Positions 14,801 to 28,935 of a stretch of DNA of 64,000 nucleotides are shown one piece after another. The translations under genes were made by a program, and so were the position numbers. The stretch comes from Eledone cirrhosa (taxonomy: Eukaryota): positions 312,852,001 to 312,916,000 of the forward strand of contig OZ024740.1 of assembly GCA_964016885.1 (NCBI GenBank), given 5' to 3'. The notes beneath the pieces are model-generated. The model did no database searches, was not told the origin of the DNA, and saw only the letters and a list, made by a program, of their open reading frames with translations. The stretch's first letter is position 1. Each line of letters starts with the position of its first letter.

Positions 14801-17800
14801 ATTAAAAAAGGAAAAAATTACAGCTGGCTAATATACTCCAAAATAGAAAGGACTTAGGCTGACAAAAATGAAGAAATTGAAAATGAAAAATCATTTTCTT
14901 TTTTCAGAATCTTAAAGAAATTTTCTAAAATAATACAAATTTAGGGCTGCATGCTTATTGCTCAACTCTGCCAATATGTATTGTTTAATGTAAACATAAT
15001 TTATATGAAGTCTCTAATTAGTAGTTTCTGTTAATATTTTCTGCACAATATATGATCTATTGGTACTCATTAAAGAGAGAGAGAGAGAGCATGAATGAGA
15101 GAAGTTGGGAGAGAGAGAAATTGGGTGGGGAGAGAGAGATTTAGAAAGATAGAATTATCAGTGATACCTGATAATATTTACCTGTAAGCAGTTCTCAAGG
15201 ATCCGTCCATATTTAGCATCTGTCTGTTTGGTCACCTGAAGTTTATTGTCACATTCCATATTTTTTATCCATTTGTTGGCTTGACCTTGAGGGTCAATCA
15301 TCAATGGCCATCTTCCTGAGTTGTCCACTATGATGCCATTCTCCACAGAATAACTGAAACAATGACGATAGAAACCTATAATCATTTTAGTATACTGGCA
15401 TATGTTGGGAGTAGCTTACCAAAATAGCATATACAACACATATGAGGTCTGAGAGGAAAAATTTACTTCAACTAGATAAGACATATGGCAATTGATGTCA
15501 TCTGCAGCTTCTCACAGATACTTCATCATCATCATCACTATTTAATGTCCATTTTTCCATGCTGGCATAAGTTAGATAAGTTATCTTGTTGTGAACAATG
15601 CCAGGTCAGGTAACCATGTCTTGCTTTACAACAAACGTTAAAACAACGCTTGAAAGCAGTTTCTAAATTTTAAATTTAAATCAATTTTCAAAGTGATAAA
15701 ACTGGAACATTTGTGCTGAGATATTCACAGACTCTGATTTTTAAGTCCAAAATATTAGGACGAAAAAATAAAGACAATAATAATAAATACCAGGTAACAA
15801 ACTTATTGTTGCCTTCATTTTACCGTCCATATTACATTGTCTCAGTTTTCTTAAACATATTTTCTACATGAGAGAAAAAAACTACAAACTTGTTGGTACC
15901 AGATCACATGAGAATGTAACCTGAAACAGACTTAGGATTTCATACAGGGTGAGATTATTCTCTTGTCTATTGATTATAATCATGATGTCATGGGTTTGAT
16001 TCCTGGAATGGGTTATGTGTTGTGTTCTTGAGCAAGGCACTTCATTTCACATTGCTCCAGTATACTCTGCTAAAAATGAGTACCAGCAATAACTGGGCAT
16101 TTAACCCTGCAATTGACTAGCATCCAGTCCAGGGGGAAGTCATATACTCTCGGTCATGGAAACTAGGATAAGTACCGGGCTTAGACAGACTTTAGACGTT
16201 TTTTATTTATTACCATAAATTTGGAGCTAACTATGAAATCTAAAACTCCCCTCAAGGAAATATTTATATTTATATGTTTTAGTTACCTGTCGACAGGTAA
16301 ACTAGCAATCTGCCATTCTCTGATTTTCAAAGGGTTTCCTAAAGTTTTGGACAGAGAGAACTGGCTCGAAAGAGGAATTCCTTTTTTCTTACAACATGTA
16401 TACCATTCTTGAAGACATTCCTAGGAGTAAAAGAATGGAAAAAACACAAAATAGAGAAAAGATTTTGAGCATATTTTTCATTAATACGAAGAATAACAGC
16501 AGGTTACTTACACACAGTAATTTATATACACTTACGTACAGTATTTAATATACAACACTTTATAAACAGCACTCTACACTAAGAGACCAAAAGGAAGCTG
16601 AAATGAGGGAAACTAGCTGTCAAGTTAAACCAGTCCTGAGAGAAGTGACCACCAATAAGACTGTCTGAGTCAGAAGTAGTTTATCATAGAGAGGAGAAGT
16701 GTATTAACCTTTTAGCATTTAAACCAACAATATATGGCCAGAATTCTCCCACCTCTTTCTTTTCAAACTGGCTGTAACTGGTATTGTTATCAAGGTATTA
16801 TTCTCAAAATAAATAACATCAAAATCTTATAGATTTCATATTATGTGAGGTAAAGCCTATACTATGAAAATATAATAATATATATAATAGTAAATATAGA
16901 GAGTAATGTAAATTCTAAAGGGTTAAATAACATAACCATAAATGGTGGGGCAGGTCGCAGTCATGTGACAGTGTTTTGTCAGATATACAAGTGTTTTAAG
17001 CGGTGTCTAGGATGTTCCATTACGTAGTGAGAATGGATGTAGGGGAGGGAGGGCAGCACTCATGGGTATGTAATAAATACGACAATTGAATGAGGTGTGA
17101 TTACATGTTCAATCCTGAACAAAATATGTGTCCAGAAAATGTTTTGAATTCAGTTCATTACTTCTTACATATCTATATTTCTCACCTGTCTAGAAGAGAT
17201 GAAAGGATCAAGCTAGGCCACCACTAACACCCCCCTTACATACCAATATATCTCACCTGTCTGTATGAAGAGATGAAAGGCCCAAGATAGGCCACCACAG
17301 AAGCTGACAGTAGGACATCACCAACTATGTTATCATATGTGTTTGTTAAATTATCCACAGCCTGTTAATAAACAAAAGTAAATATAACACTATAACAGTA
17401 AAACAGTAACTATAACAGAAATATAACAGTAAATATAACACTATAATAGTAGATATAACACTAATATAACGGTAAATATAACATTATAACAGTAAAACAG
17501 TAAATATAACAGAAATATAACAGTAAATATAACACTATAATAGTAACTATAACACTAATATAACAGTAAATATAACACTATAACAGTAAAACAGTAAATA
17601 TAACAGTAATATAACAGTAAAACAGTAAATATAACAGTAATATAACAGTAAATATAAAACTATAATAGTAAATATAACACTAATATAACAGTAAATATAA
17701 CACTATAACAGTAAAACAGTAAATATAACAGTAAATATAACACTATAATAGTAAATATAACCGGAAAAAATGAAACAAAATTTCATTTCCCACTCTTAGT

Positions 17801-19146
17801 AGGGCTGTTACTTAAATATAAGTATGTACACGTATATACATATATGTATACAGACGTACAGTAGTATGTATATATATATATACATACACGCACACATATA
17901 TATATGTACGTATGGATTCACCGAACATTTATTATAATGCTCGGTGTGTTTGTAAACAAACATCCCGTATTATGCCGTAGTGTCCAGCAACCATCGTTGC
18001 TCGTTTGTTCAACACTGACAAAGGAACGCTGTACTAGTTTCAAGCTTATTAACTATCATCAGCAACGTATACCTGTAATATAACAGTAAATATAACGCTA
18101 TAATAGTAAATATAACACTAATATAACAGTAAATATAACAGCAAAACAGTAAATATAACAGTTAATATAAGAGAAATATAACAGTAAATATAACACTATA
18201 ATAGTAAATACTAGCAGAATGGCCCGGCGTTGCTCGGGATTTGCTCTAGGGTTCTTATATATTTGATATATATTTATATTTATCGAGCCTCGTGAAATAA
18301 ATATGTTTGTTTATATTTGGTTATTGTGTATGCAAAAATATCTGTACACGGATATATAATTATATATATATATATATTATATATATATAGAAATTAGAAA
18401 TAAGAGGGATCAGATGTTGTTTACTCGAGAGAAGGCTACGTTGGTATGGTCACGTGATGCGCATGAAAAACGATAGCTGTATAATAAAGTGCAGGGCAAT
18501 AAAGATAGACGGTAGCTACGGAGTAGGCAGACCCAGAAAAACCTGGGACGAGCTGATAAATTCCGACCTCACACACTTACACCTCTCCAAGACAATGTCA
18601 CTGGACCGAGACCTTTGGCGGTACTCAGTAATAGAGAAGACCCACCTTACCTAAATACAAAGTAAAACCTACTACAGTCAGTAGGCATCTCTAACAAAAT
18701 ACCCCCCCCCCCCCATCCACACCGCCCCTTTCAATGTAAAGTTATGTTGGTGCCACAACATCCAGGCCGAAACAAATGAGATCGTGTAGGTGTCACAACA
18801 AAAAAACACACAGTCCACGCTGTAATGTGGCCGTGTAGGCAACACGGTAAAAACCTCCCAGCCCCACACTGTAAATGTGGTTGGTGTTAGGAAGGGCATC
18901 CAGCTGTAGAAAACCCGCCAGACAGTCCACGCTGTAATGTGGCCATGTAGGCAACACAGTAAAAACCTCCCAGCCCCACACTGTAAATGTGGTTGGTGTT
19001 AGGAAGGGCATCCAGCTGTAGAAAACCCGCCAGACAGTCCTATGCGAGCAAGACAATCACTCTTGCCTCAAGTGGGAAAACCCCCGTCCAAACCCATGCA
19101 AGCGTGGAACACGGACGTTAAACGTTGATGATGATGATGATGATGA

Positions 19147-19201
<55 letters not shown>

Positions 19202-19316
19202 TAACAGATTAAAGTTTAAGCAAAGAATAGCTGCTTTCACCCTTAACGGGATCTTCTGAAACTAAAAAGATCAATCTGTGAATGCAGAAGTAAATATTTC
19301 GAAAAACGTTACACAC

Positions 19317-19352
<36 letters not shown>

Positions 19353-22300
19353 GATAGCGTCATAATGTCGTAATGCAGACAGCCAGATATACAGACAGAT
19401 ATTATAAGGGTACAACGTCGTAGCTATGTATCTATCTAAAAAGAAAGAATAAGAGTTATAGAGAGAGATCGCTAAATCGCCTAATGCAGTCCCTAGGGCA
19501 TTGAACATTTGAAATTCTTTTTGCTCAAAACACTAACGCGACCATAAGTATTACATGTGTAAAGTTTGGGTGGTTCTCGAGTTTTAGGGAGTCAGACAGA
19601 CAGACATTCTCTGTTTTAGATATATAGATAACACTAATATAACAGTAACAGTATAACAGAAATATAACAGTAAATATAACACTATAATAGGAAATATAAC
19701 ACTAATATTTCAGTAAATATAACACTAATATTTCAGTAAATATAACAGTCAATATAACATTATAACAGTAAATATAACAGTAAAACATTAAATATAACAG
19801 TAAAACAGTAAATATAACAGTAAAATAGTAAATATAACAGTAAAACAGTAAATATAACAGTATTACAGTACATATATCAGTATTACAGTAAATATGGCAG
19901 CATTCCAGTAAATATGTCTGTAAAACAGTAAATATGTCAGTATTATAGTAAATATGTCAGTATTACAGTGTAACAGTGTTTATATTGGTTAAATATGGAG
20001 ACAGAACAAACAGCTGATCAAATCATATCAAATCACATTGTAGGAAATTAATTTTGTTTGAATGTATGATTATGGATGTATTAATGAGATTGTATATACT
20101 GCATATATTTGTATATAAGAAGAGAAATGTGTGACAAAAAAAAAAAAAATTGATGGCAATATTTTGCCAATTTTCACCAACTTCAAATTCTGTCTAAATG
20201 AGGTGCTAAAGTATTTTTGATTACACCAGTTTCACTTTGGAGGTGAATATTACACTGAATTCACCTTCAATGTGAAATTCATATTTCCTATTTTTTATGT
20301 TTTGAATGAATATGGCTTTCAAAACAGCTGTAAATTGGTAAAAAATCATTACATAATGGTGTTATGGAACAAAAACTATACTTTAAACAACACTTAAAAC
20401 ATTTTAAATAACAAAATATTAAAACTTCATAAATATATTCTCCACACAGAATTTCCAAACCTGATTAGCTGCCTTGGCTTATAAACAGGGTTTGGATTTT
20501 TGCCCATTTCTCAGACATAAAATAGAGGATTAGCTTATATTTAGATCAGCTTATATTCAAGAATATATGGTATGTCTTTTATTTTTAATTCTTTGAATTT
20601 TTGCTATAAAGAATAGCAATGGTTTCTAACTAATAAACAATGTTTTATCACCAGGAATGAGATAACAGAAGAACAGAGTTACTTGTGTTCTGTTTATAGA
20701 TTGAATTTCAACATGGACTCAATGGATTCTGTCAGTCATGAGAGACCATGTATCTGCAGCTAGAAAGTTCATCTCCAAAGCACAGGTCTGTGAAAGTTTA
20801 TTTTTTATGTAAGACCAGCAGTCACACATACAAAAAGTCTCCTCTTTCCACAGTACCAATATTGCCCAAGAGAAGGGCATGCAAGGACTAATACCTCAAT
20901 ATTATCACAGGTTGAACTTAAAATGTAAAGAGTCATTTTGTCCAATACTCTAGCAACTCCATCAATCTCCTGTTCAGTGTTGGTACTTTATTTTATCCAC
21001 TTTGGAAAGATGAGAGCAAAGTTAACCTTGCCAGGGTTTGAACTCAAATATTAAGAGCTGAAACAGACACCACAAATTATTTTGTCCAACACTAACAATT
21101 CCACCAATCCCTTGTTCAGTATTGGTAAAGATGAAGGCAAAGTTGACCACACCAAGATTTGAACTCAAATGTAAATAACTGCAGCAGATACCACAAAGCA
21201 TTTTACCCAAAGCTCTAACAATTCTATTAAACCACCACCTTTAATTTGGAGTAGATGGAAGTGAATTAAGTTAATGAGTTTAAAACAAATATAGTTATAC
21301 TGTGAAAGTTCACTCCCCTCGAGGTCAACCCCTGGATCTCTTGTCGGTTGGTTTAGTCTATAAAATCTGTCCAGTGATTCTTTCCTGAGACATTCTAACA
21401 ACATGCTTATATCGTGATCTCTCAATTTGGAGAAGTAGTGGCTTTACTCGGCGTGACTGATTTCTGAGCTACGTATTCTATCAAGTAATGTTACTCCAAA
21501 GACCCTTCAGAGGAAGCTCATTTAACAAGTGGTTAAAGAATTAGATTTGTAATCATGAAGTTGTGAGTTTGATTCCTGGGTGGTGTGTTATGTCCTTCAG
21601 CAAGACACTATTTCACATTATTCTTTCTGCCAGCTGTTGGGACCAGTAGATATTGTATATCAGCAATGAAAAGCAAGACCAATAGAAATATTGTTTCCTG
21701 CGTCTGATTTGATGAGTTCCACCCCACTCAGTTAAAAAATGTGGTCTGGAATCTTGTTGAAAATTATATAACAGGAAGTTATAAATGTAGAACTAGGTTA
21801 GAAGGACTAATGTTAAATTCTACCTGTGTCCACCGGTCACGTTCACCACCAAGGCCATTTATGAGTTTCTCTGCTCTTTCAAGTTTAACTTTTGTCAGCT
21901 CTATGTTGAATTCCAGATTCTACAAAAAATGACAACAATAATAAGACAAAACTTGTGAAGAGATTTTGTCAGGAATGGTCAAACGTAGTTGCAATAATGA
22001 TTTATGCTTGATAAACTTAAATGTCATACTAGCTATCTTCTATAATATAAACAGATATAACCTTGATAGAATAAGGAAAGATCTTATTAGTTGTTTCAAA
22101 TAATTTGAACTTAATATCATTGTAATTACCAACATAAAAATAGCCAACTTCTTAGACTTAACCTTAGATCTTAATAGAGGTAAATAGAAACCATATAGTA
22201 TGCTCAAGGAAAAACTAATTTTTGACAACTTTGTTAGAATCTTTATTATCTCAGACAAAAAAATATTGTGACAGCTGCAAGTTACTACAACAAAGCACTG

Positions 22301-25300
22301 GAGAATCCTGGTTCATAACCAACTTGAGATAATGGAATTAAAATGTGCCCCATTTAATGTTAGCTGGTTTAACCTTTATACTATTGTATTTTTGCAGTAA
22401 AGGCTTTATTTCCTATAATATCTCACATAATATCTCACATAATATCTCACATAATATCGAATCTATGAGATTTTGATACTATTTATTTTGAGACCAATTC
22501 AACATTAGTATGAGTGGCTAGTTACGGCTGGTTTGAACAGAAAGAGTTGAGAGAATTCTGGCAGGATATAGCCAGTTTAAATGCTAAAGGGTTAATCCTC
22601 TGTTTAATTTAATGTGAAAGTGAACATTGCAAAGAACTACCTAAACTAAAGGTCATAAATATTTGAAAGTATTCAATCAACATAAGTTAAAATTTAGCTA
22701 TTGTTGTATAATCAATCTAGGGAACATCCTTGCTAGTAGAGACAGCCCAAGTCATCCATTGGTTAGAAGAACAGTCAATAGATTCAAATTCAGAAAAGTA
22801 CAACTGTCAAAATATGGAGCTATGTTCTTTAAATAGTTCATGTAAAACTGAAAGTTGGAGTATTGTCAAAATAATAAACATTTACTCTGCCTAAGTATTG
22901 AGTTTTGTTTTTATTTTGTTCATATATATATATAGTTCTGCTATGAGCAATATACAGCGTGGCCAAATGTCCAAACCCTCCTCATAATGGAACCACCTAG
23001 TTCCACACTGTAAACATGGTTGGTGTTAGGAAGGGCATCCAGCTGTAAAAAACCCAGCCAAAATACACTTCCATTCGAGCAAGGTACAGACTTGTCTCAT
23101 AATGTGGATGACTTGTCTAACCCATGCTAGCGTGGAAAAATAGATGTTAAATAGTGATGAGGATGAGGATATATTTCACCTGCTTCTCCTGTTGTTTGAT
23201 GTGTAAGTTCTGCTTCAAAGAATCTAGTTTAGCTTTCACATCTTTCAATTCTTTCTGTTTCTTTCCAAGTTCAACTGTTTGTTTTTTGAGGAATGATTCA
23301 GCCATTGCTAAGCTTTCCTTCTTTGGTGCGACAAACTAAAAAGATAAGCAGACATGATGATGAATTAAAAATATAATAGCTTGGCTATTGACCTAAGCAA
23401 CCATTGACAAACAGATGGAAAAATTGTAAAAAAAAATTTTAATTATATGTAAGTTTAAAAACGTTGTAAACCTGTGATTATTGAGATGACTACAATATGT
23501 TTCATTCTGTATACCCTGCCCCTGCTCTTGTATATACAACCACATGTAAGAGCCCAACTATACATAGTTCATAGGTTGACTTATGAAGGAGTGATGCTTG
23601 AGCTGTAAAATCTAGACACACATACACACACACACAGACAAACACACACACACATATATAGATATCTATACATACACAAATATATATATATATATATAAC
23701 CTCTTTTATGCCGTATTTACCATTCACCAGCCACTCTCCAAGATGGCTGACTGAATATGCATGTATATACACACACATATGTGAGTTTTAATAACAGCAT
23801 TTATTTCCTCTATAAACTCCCAAAATCTATGTAGGATTGATAAGTATCTGCAATCACTTGAATCAACATTACTTCACACTTTTCTACTTCTGTTGTAAAT
23901 TAATGTGTGAATTAATTTACCTAAAATATTCTACACCTACAAATTACTGTGTGGTAGAGTCATTTTAACTATTTAAAAACACACAAAAACTGTAAACTTT
24001 ACTTTATGCTCTCAGGTCCCAAATAATAGGGGTTGAAATAAGCAAGGGAGGGTGGTGGTGGAAAATCGGTAATTTTTCTAGGTTGTCTCTGTTGATTTTT
24101 TTCAAAAAACAGAATTAGTCATTTAGTTTACATATTGAGACCTCAACCTATCCTTTTTATTTTATAATGAATGGGATTTCTAGTAATGTACTTTTTTGTT
24201 ATTTATATTTTTTATTGTATACAGAAAATTGTTGCAGGAATGCTACCATCTAAAATAAAGTTTTGTCAGAGATAGATTAGCAACATTTAATAAGTGGGGT
24301 GGGGTGGCATAAGAGCGGCTGGGCAGGGGGTGGGTGTGTGGAAAAAATTTGAATAATTAATAATTGTTGGGGACGATTATTTGAAACCCCGAGAGTATAT
24401 ATCATGCATTTTTTGGTATCAACATTTTCACTGCACTTTCTGTGACAAGGTCACCAACACAGTTGATCTCAAATCAAGTTATTTGTCAGACAAAGTCACT
24501 GACACAGTTGAACTCAGATCAAGTTACTTGTCAGACAAAGTCACCAACACAGTTGAACTCAGATCAAGTTACTTGTCAGACAAAGTCACTGACACAGTTG
24601 AACTCAGATCAAGTTACTTGTCAGACAAAGTCACTGACACAGTTGAACTCAGATCAAGTTACTTGTCAGACAAAGTCACCAACACAGTTGAACTCAGATC
24701 AAGTTACTTGTCAGACAAAGTCACTGACACAGTTGAACTCAGATCAAGTTACTTGTCAGACAAAGTCACTGACACAGTTGAACTCAGATCAAGTTACTTG
24801 TCAGAGAAGTTTGACTCTGAAATTGTACAGTTAGAAAGAAAGAAGGTGGTTTTAATTTCAATGAAATAGTTTGTGTGTAATGTGTAAATAATCTTGCTTT
24901 TACTGACCTTGATGACACCATCATAAGCATTGATTGCTCTCACCCACTTACACAATCCTTCACAAGCAGATGAGACGTTTTTGATAATTGAAGGATCAAA
25001 CTCTTTGTTGGAGATGTACCTCTCACGGATCTTATTAATTATTGCTGGAGGAATGTTGTCCTTGTCATATTCTCTCAGGGAATCCAAGAACTTCATGTCA
25101 CCAAGCATCTGAGAGAAAAAAATGGATTTTGAATGGTAAGGACCTCAAGAGATTTAAACGATGTCATTTATATAAGGAATGATATGCCCATACTCAGTGA
25201 TGCTATAACATAGGGTGAAGACACTTAAAAGGTGGAAAAAGGCTGCTATGAGGAATAGAACCCCATATCCCTCAGATATTGGCTAGGGTTAGGGTTAGTT

Positions 25301-25734
25301 GGTATCTGGGAGATATGGGGTTCAATTCCTCATAGTGGCTATTGGCAACTACTTTTTCTGTCTTTTAAGGGTCTTAACTATTTTATAAACTAATTTTATT
25401 GCATCTCTGTGCATGAGCACATCATTCTTTATATTAAATTTATCTTCTCAGTGTTTTGAGTCTGAGAGATCAGCTATGTAGCTTCAATGCCATTTATGTT
25501 TTAAAATGAATTTAAATGTAGCAAGAGATGTAATACCATGTAGAAAAAGTTGTAATGATATTTAGATATAGATGTAATACCATGTAGAAAGAGCTGTAAT
25601 AACATGTTGCAAGAGCTGTAATAACATGTAGATAGCAACATACAAATAACAAGGTTAACATCAACAATATCATTGCCAACAACAATACTTTCAACTGCAG
25701 CAGCAGCAACAACAAATTCAATAACAGCAACATC

Positions 25735-25778
<44 letters not shown>

Positions 25779-28700
25779 AATTAATAACAGCAACATCAAC
25801 AACATCATCAACAATAACAACAACCATATCAAATACCTTTTTTGATGCAGTCCAATAATCTTCCCCTATTTTACCATTTTGGTCAATTTTCTTATCAGGT
25901 TTGATTCCCTGAAGAAGAAATAAGAATATTTAGTCCTGAGATTCTTCTGTACTTGGCCTGGCATTTATAAACGAATAGAATAAGAGAGAGTGGTATTTCT
26001 TTGTTCTTAAAGAATTTGGCCCCAAGCAGGATTTGTAATTGGGCCATGGACATAGTTTGCCAAGAGTTTTGCCAGCCATTTGTACCAATATACTATCTGT
26101 AAATGTCCACCCATATTATATAATGTATATACTCATATATAAGTTGCAGCAGTAGATATGTCCCTATGTTTATATTATTTTGGCATCAGCTTTTCACCTA
26201 TACATAAATTGCATATTGCTTTCAGTACATTTTACTTGCAACTTTGCTTGTGGTTGCATTTAAATAATGTTTTCTGATTTCGGGAAAGGGTAAAGTCGAT
26301 TAAATCGACCCTAGTGTGTTACTGGTACTTTATTTTATCGACCCCCATAAGGATGAAAAAAACAAAGCTAACCATAGCAGGATTTAAAATCAGAATGTAA
26401 AAGATGGTGTCTAACTCTCTACTGATACTGCCAATTCACTGCTTTCATAATAATGATTTCTACTTTAGATACAAGGCCAGTAATTTAGGGACATGAAGTA
26501 AGTCAATTATATCAACCTCAGTTCTTTACTGGTGCTTTATTTTATCGACCCTGGAAGGATGAAAGGCAAAGATGACCTCAGCAGGATTTGAATTTAGAAT
26601 GTAAAGAGCCAGAACAAACATTGCTAAGCATTTGTCTGATGCTCTAACGACTTTACCAATCCACTGCCTTCATAAAAACGGTTTCTGATTTAGGCACAAG
26701 GCCAGCAATTTTTGGGGAGGGGAAAGTTGATTAAATCGACCCCAGTACGTGATTGGTATTTTATTTTATCAACCCCGTAAGGATGAATGGCAAAGCTAAC
26801 CTCGGCAGGATTTGAACTCAGAGCCTAAAGGGCTGTAACTATGCAGTGAAGCACGTCGTCCAATGCTTTATTATAATAATTATCTCAATTATCTCAAATT
26901 AATGACAATAGTCTTATAAAGTCTCTGAGCTACAAAAAACAATGTGTTTGTATAATCTATGCCTGAAACAAACAGACTTACCAATGTTTTTAAACCACTG
27001 CTCCTGATAGACTGATAAAATATAAAGCTGGCCAATGGAGAACAGCATGTTTTGCAAACAAAGAAAATCTATGTATATATATCCCCAGACCACACTGTAA
27101 AGTGGTCATGTAGGTGACATGACAAAAAGTGCCCACTGTAATGTAGTCATGTAGGTGTCATGGCAAATAGCAGCTAGTACACACTGTAAATGTGGTTGGC
27201 ATTAGGAAGAGCATCCAGCCATAGAAACCAAGCCAGAACCAGTCCTGTATGAGCAAGACACAGTCACCTGATCTCATATTGGGACAACTTGTCTAAACCA
27301 TGCTTATGTGGAAAAATGGGTGTTAAATGGTGGTAATGATGATGATATATATGTGTGTGTGTGCATATATATATATATATTCATGTGATTGTGTTAGAAT
27401 GAAATAAATATTTATGAATTAATTGTAATAAACGACATTAAAAATTCATGCATAATGTCCACATGATGGTTTCATTAATCCATGGAATTATTGATAACAG
27501 TCTATAGCCAATCATTCCAATCAAATTCTAAAAATTCTTTGTGATCACTATTGCTTTTAAACACATAGTTTCATCATTGTTAAAACAAATTCTAGTTTTA
27601 TAATCACCCCAGACACTTGTTCCTTGTATAGTAATTCCTTTGTGTTTTCCATAGCACTGAAAATACCACATTTTCTCAGTAGGAATAGTTTCTCCCACAA
27701 CTCTTTCATCAACTGTGCAACAATATTTAGCTTAGTTTTGCTGACTTACTCGTAATGTGAGCCCATATCTACAGGATACCCACCAAAAATGTATGCACAC
27801 TTTAACAGCATTCTAATAAATATTGCCTGCATAGGTAATCAAAGTGTGTATACATTATTTTGGAACACCCTGTATTTATGAATCTTGGACACCACCCAGC
27901 TGCAGTGTGCAATTTTGAGTAATATTATACTTAATTTTCCCCATGGAAAACTGTAATTTTTGTTCTCATAGCCATGTCAATAGTAACAAATCCATGCAAG
28001 TGTAATTCACTTACTTAAGTATATAAATGTTTTTTTCAATTTCTCATAGAACATACTTTATTTTTGACATCTTTTTGGGTGATTTTTTTTGTTTTTGCCA
28101 ATTCCTCACTAATTTTCTCATACACACACACACTCTCTCTCTAACAGAATTACAATTTCCATGTTCTTCAACATATACAACATGCAACATGAAACCGACT
28201 TCATAATAATCTTTTTACTGTGTCTGTGGTTTAGTGTTTTTGTCATCTTTTACTATCAGAAATTGAATTTATATTTTAAACACCTCTTCCAATAAATCTG
28301 TAAACATGCAGGCAAGATATTTAACAGATATGAGCAATATAAGATATATATTGTCACAGACATGTTTGTTTTTAGTAGAATTGAATTTTGTCTAAGCTGT
28401 CATATTTATTTTGCCTGTAACATCACTAGCATATATTTCTTTACAATGCTGATATTCATATAGCCTGTGTAATGACATTACCAGGTAGTGAATTGGCAGA
28501 GTCATTTGAATGTTGGATAGAATGCTTTGTGCTATTTGTTTTAGTTCTCTGTTCTCTGAGTTCAAATCCTACTGAGGTCAACTTTATCTTTCATCCATTC
28601 AAGGCCAATAAAAAAAGTACCAGTCTAGTACTGGGTCCGATCCTTCTCACTACCATTCTCTAACTCACTCTATCCTCCTCTGGAAGAAATCTGGTGTATT

Positions 28701-28867
28701 CAGACCTGGAGAGAAGATGGGCTCTGCCAAGTTAAAAAATGCCCTAGAAATGCTGTATGTCAATATGGTGTCCTTACGACTCCCTTAAGAGTTTCAGAAC
28801 CATGTATCCATGTAATGTCATGACCACCCCTCCTTACATGCTTATTCACTTGCTAGTGCTTGTGAAG

Positions 28868-28935
<68 letters not shown>

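Noticed and set aside
24381-24869. 162-aa and 130-aa repeat-protein ORFs
   Set aside because: Translations of the 45-bp tandem repeat, antisense in an intron.
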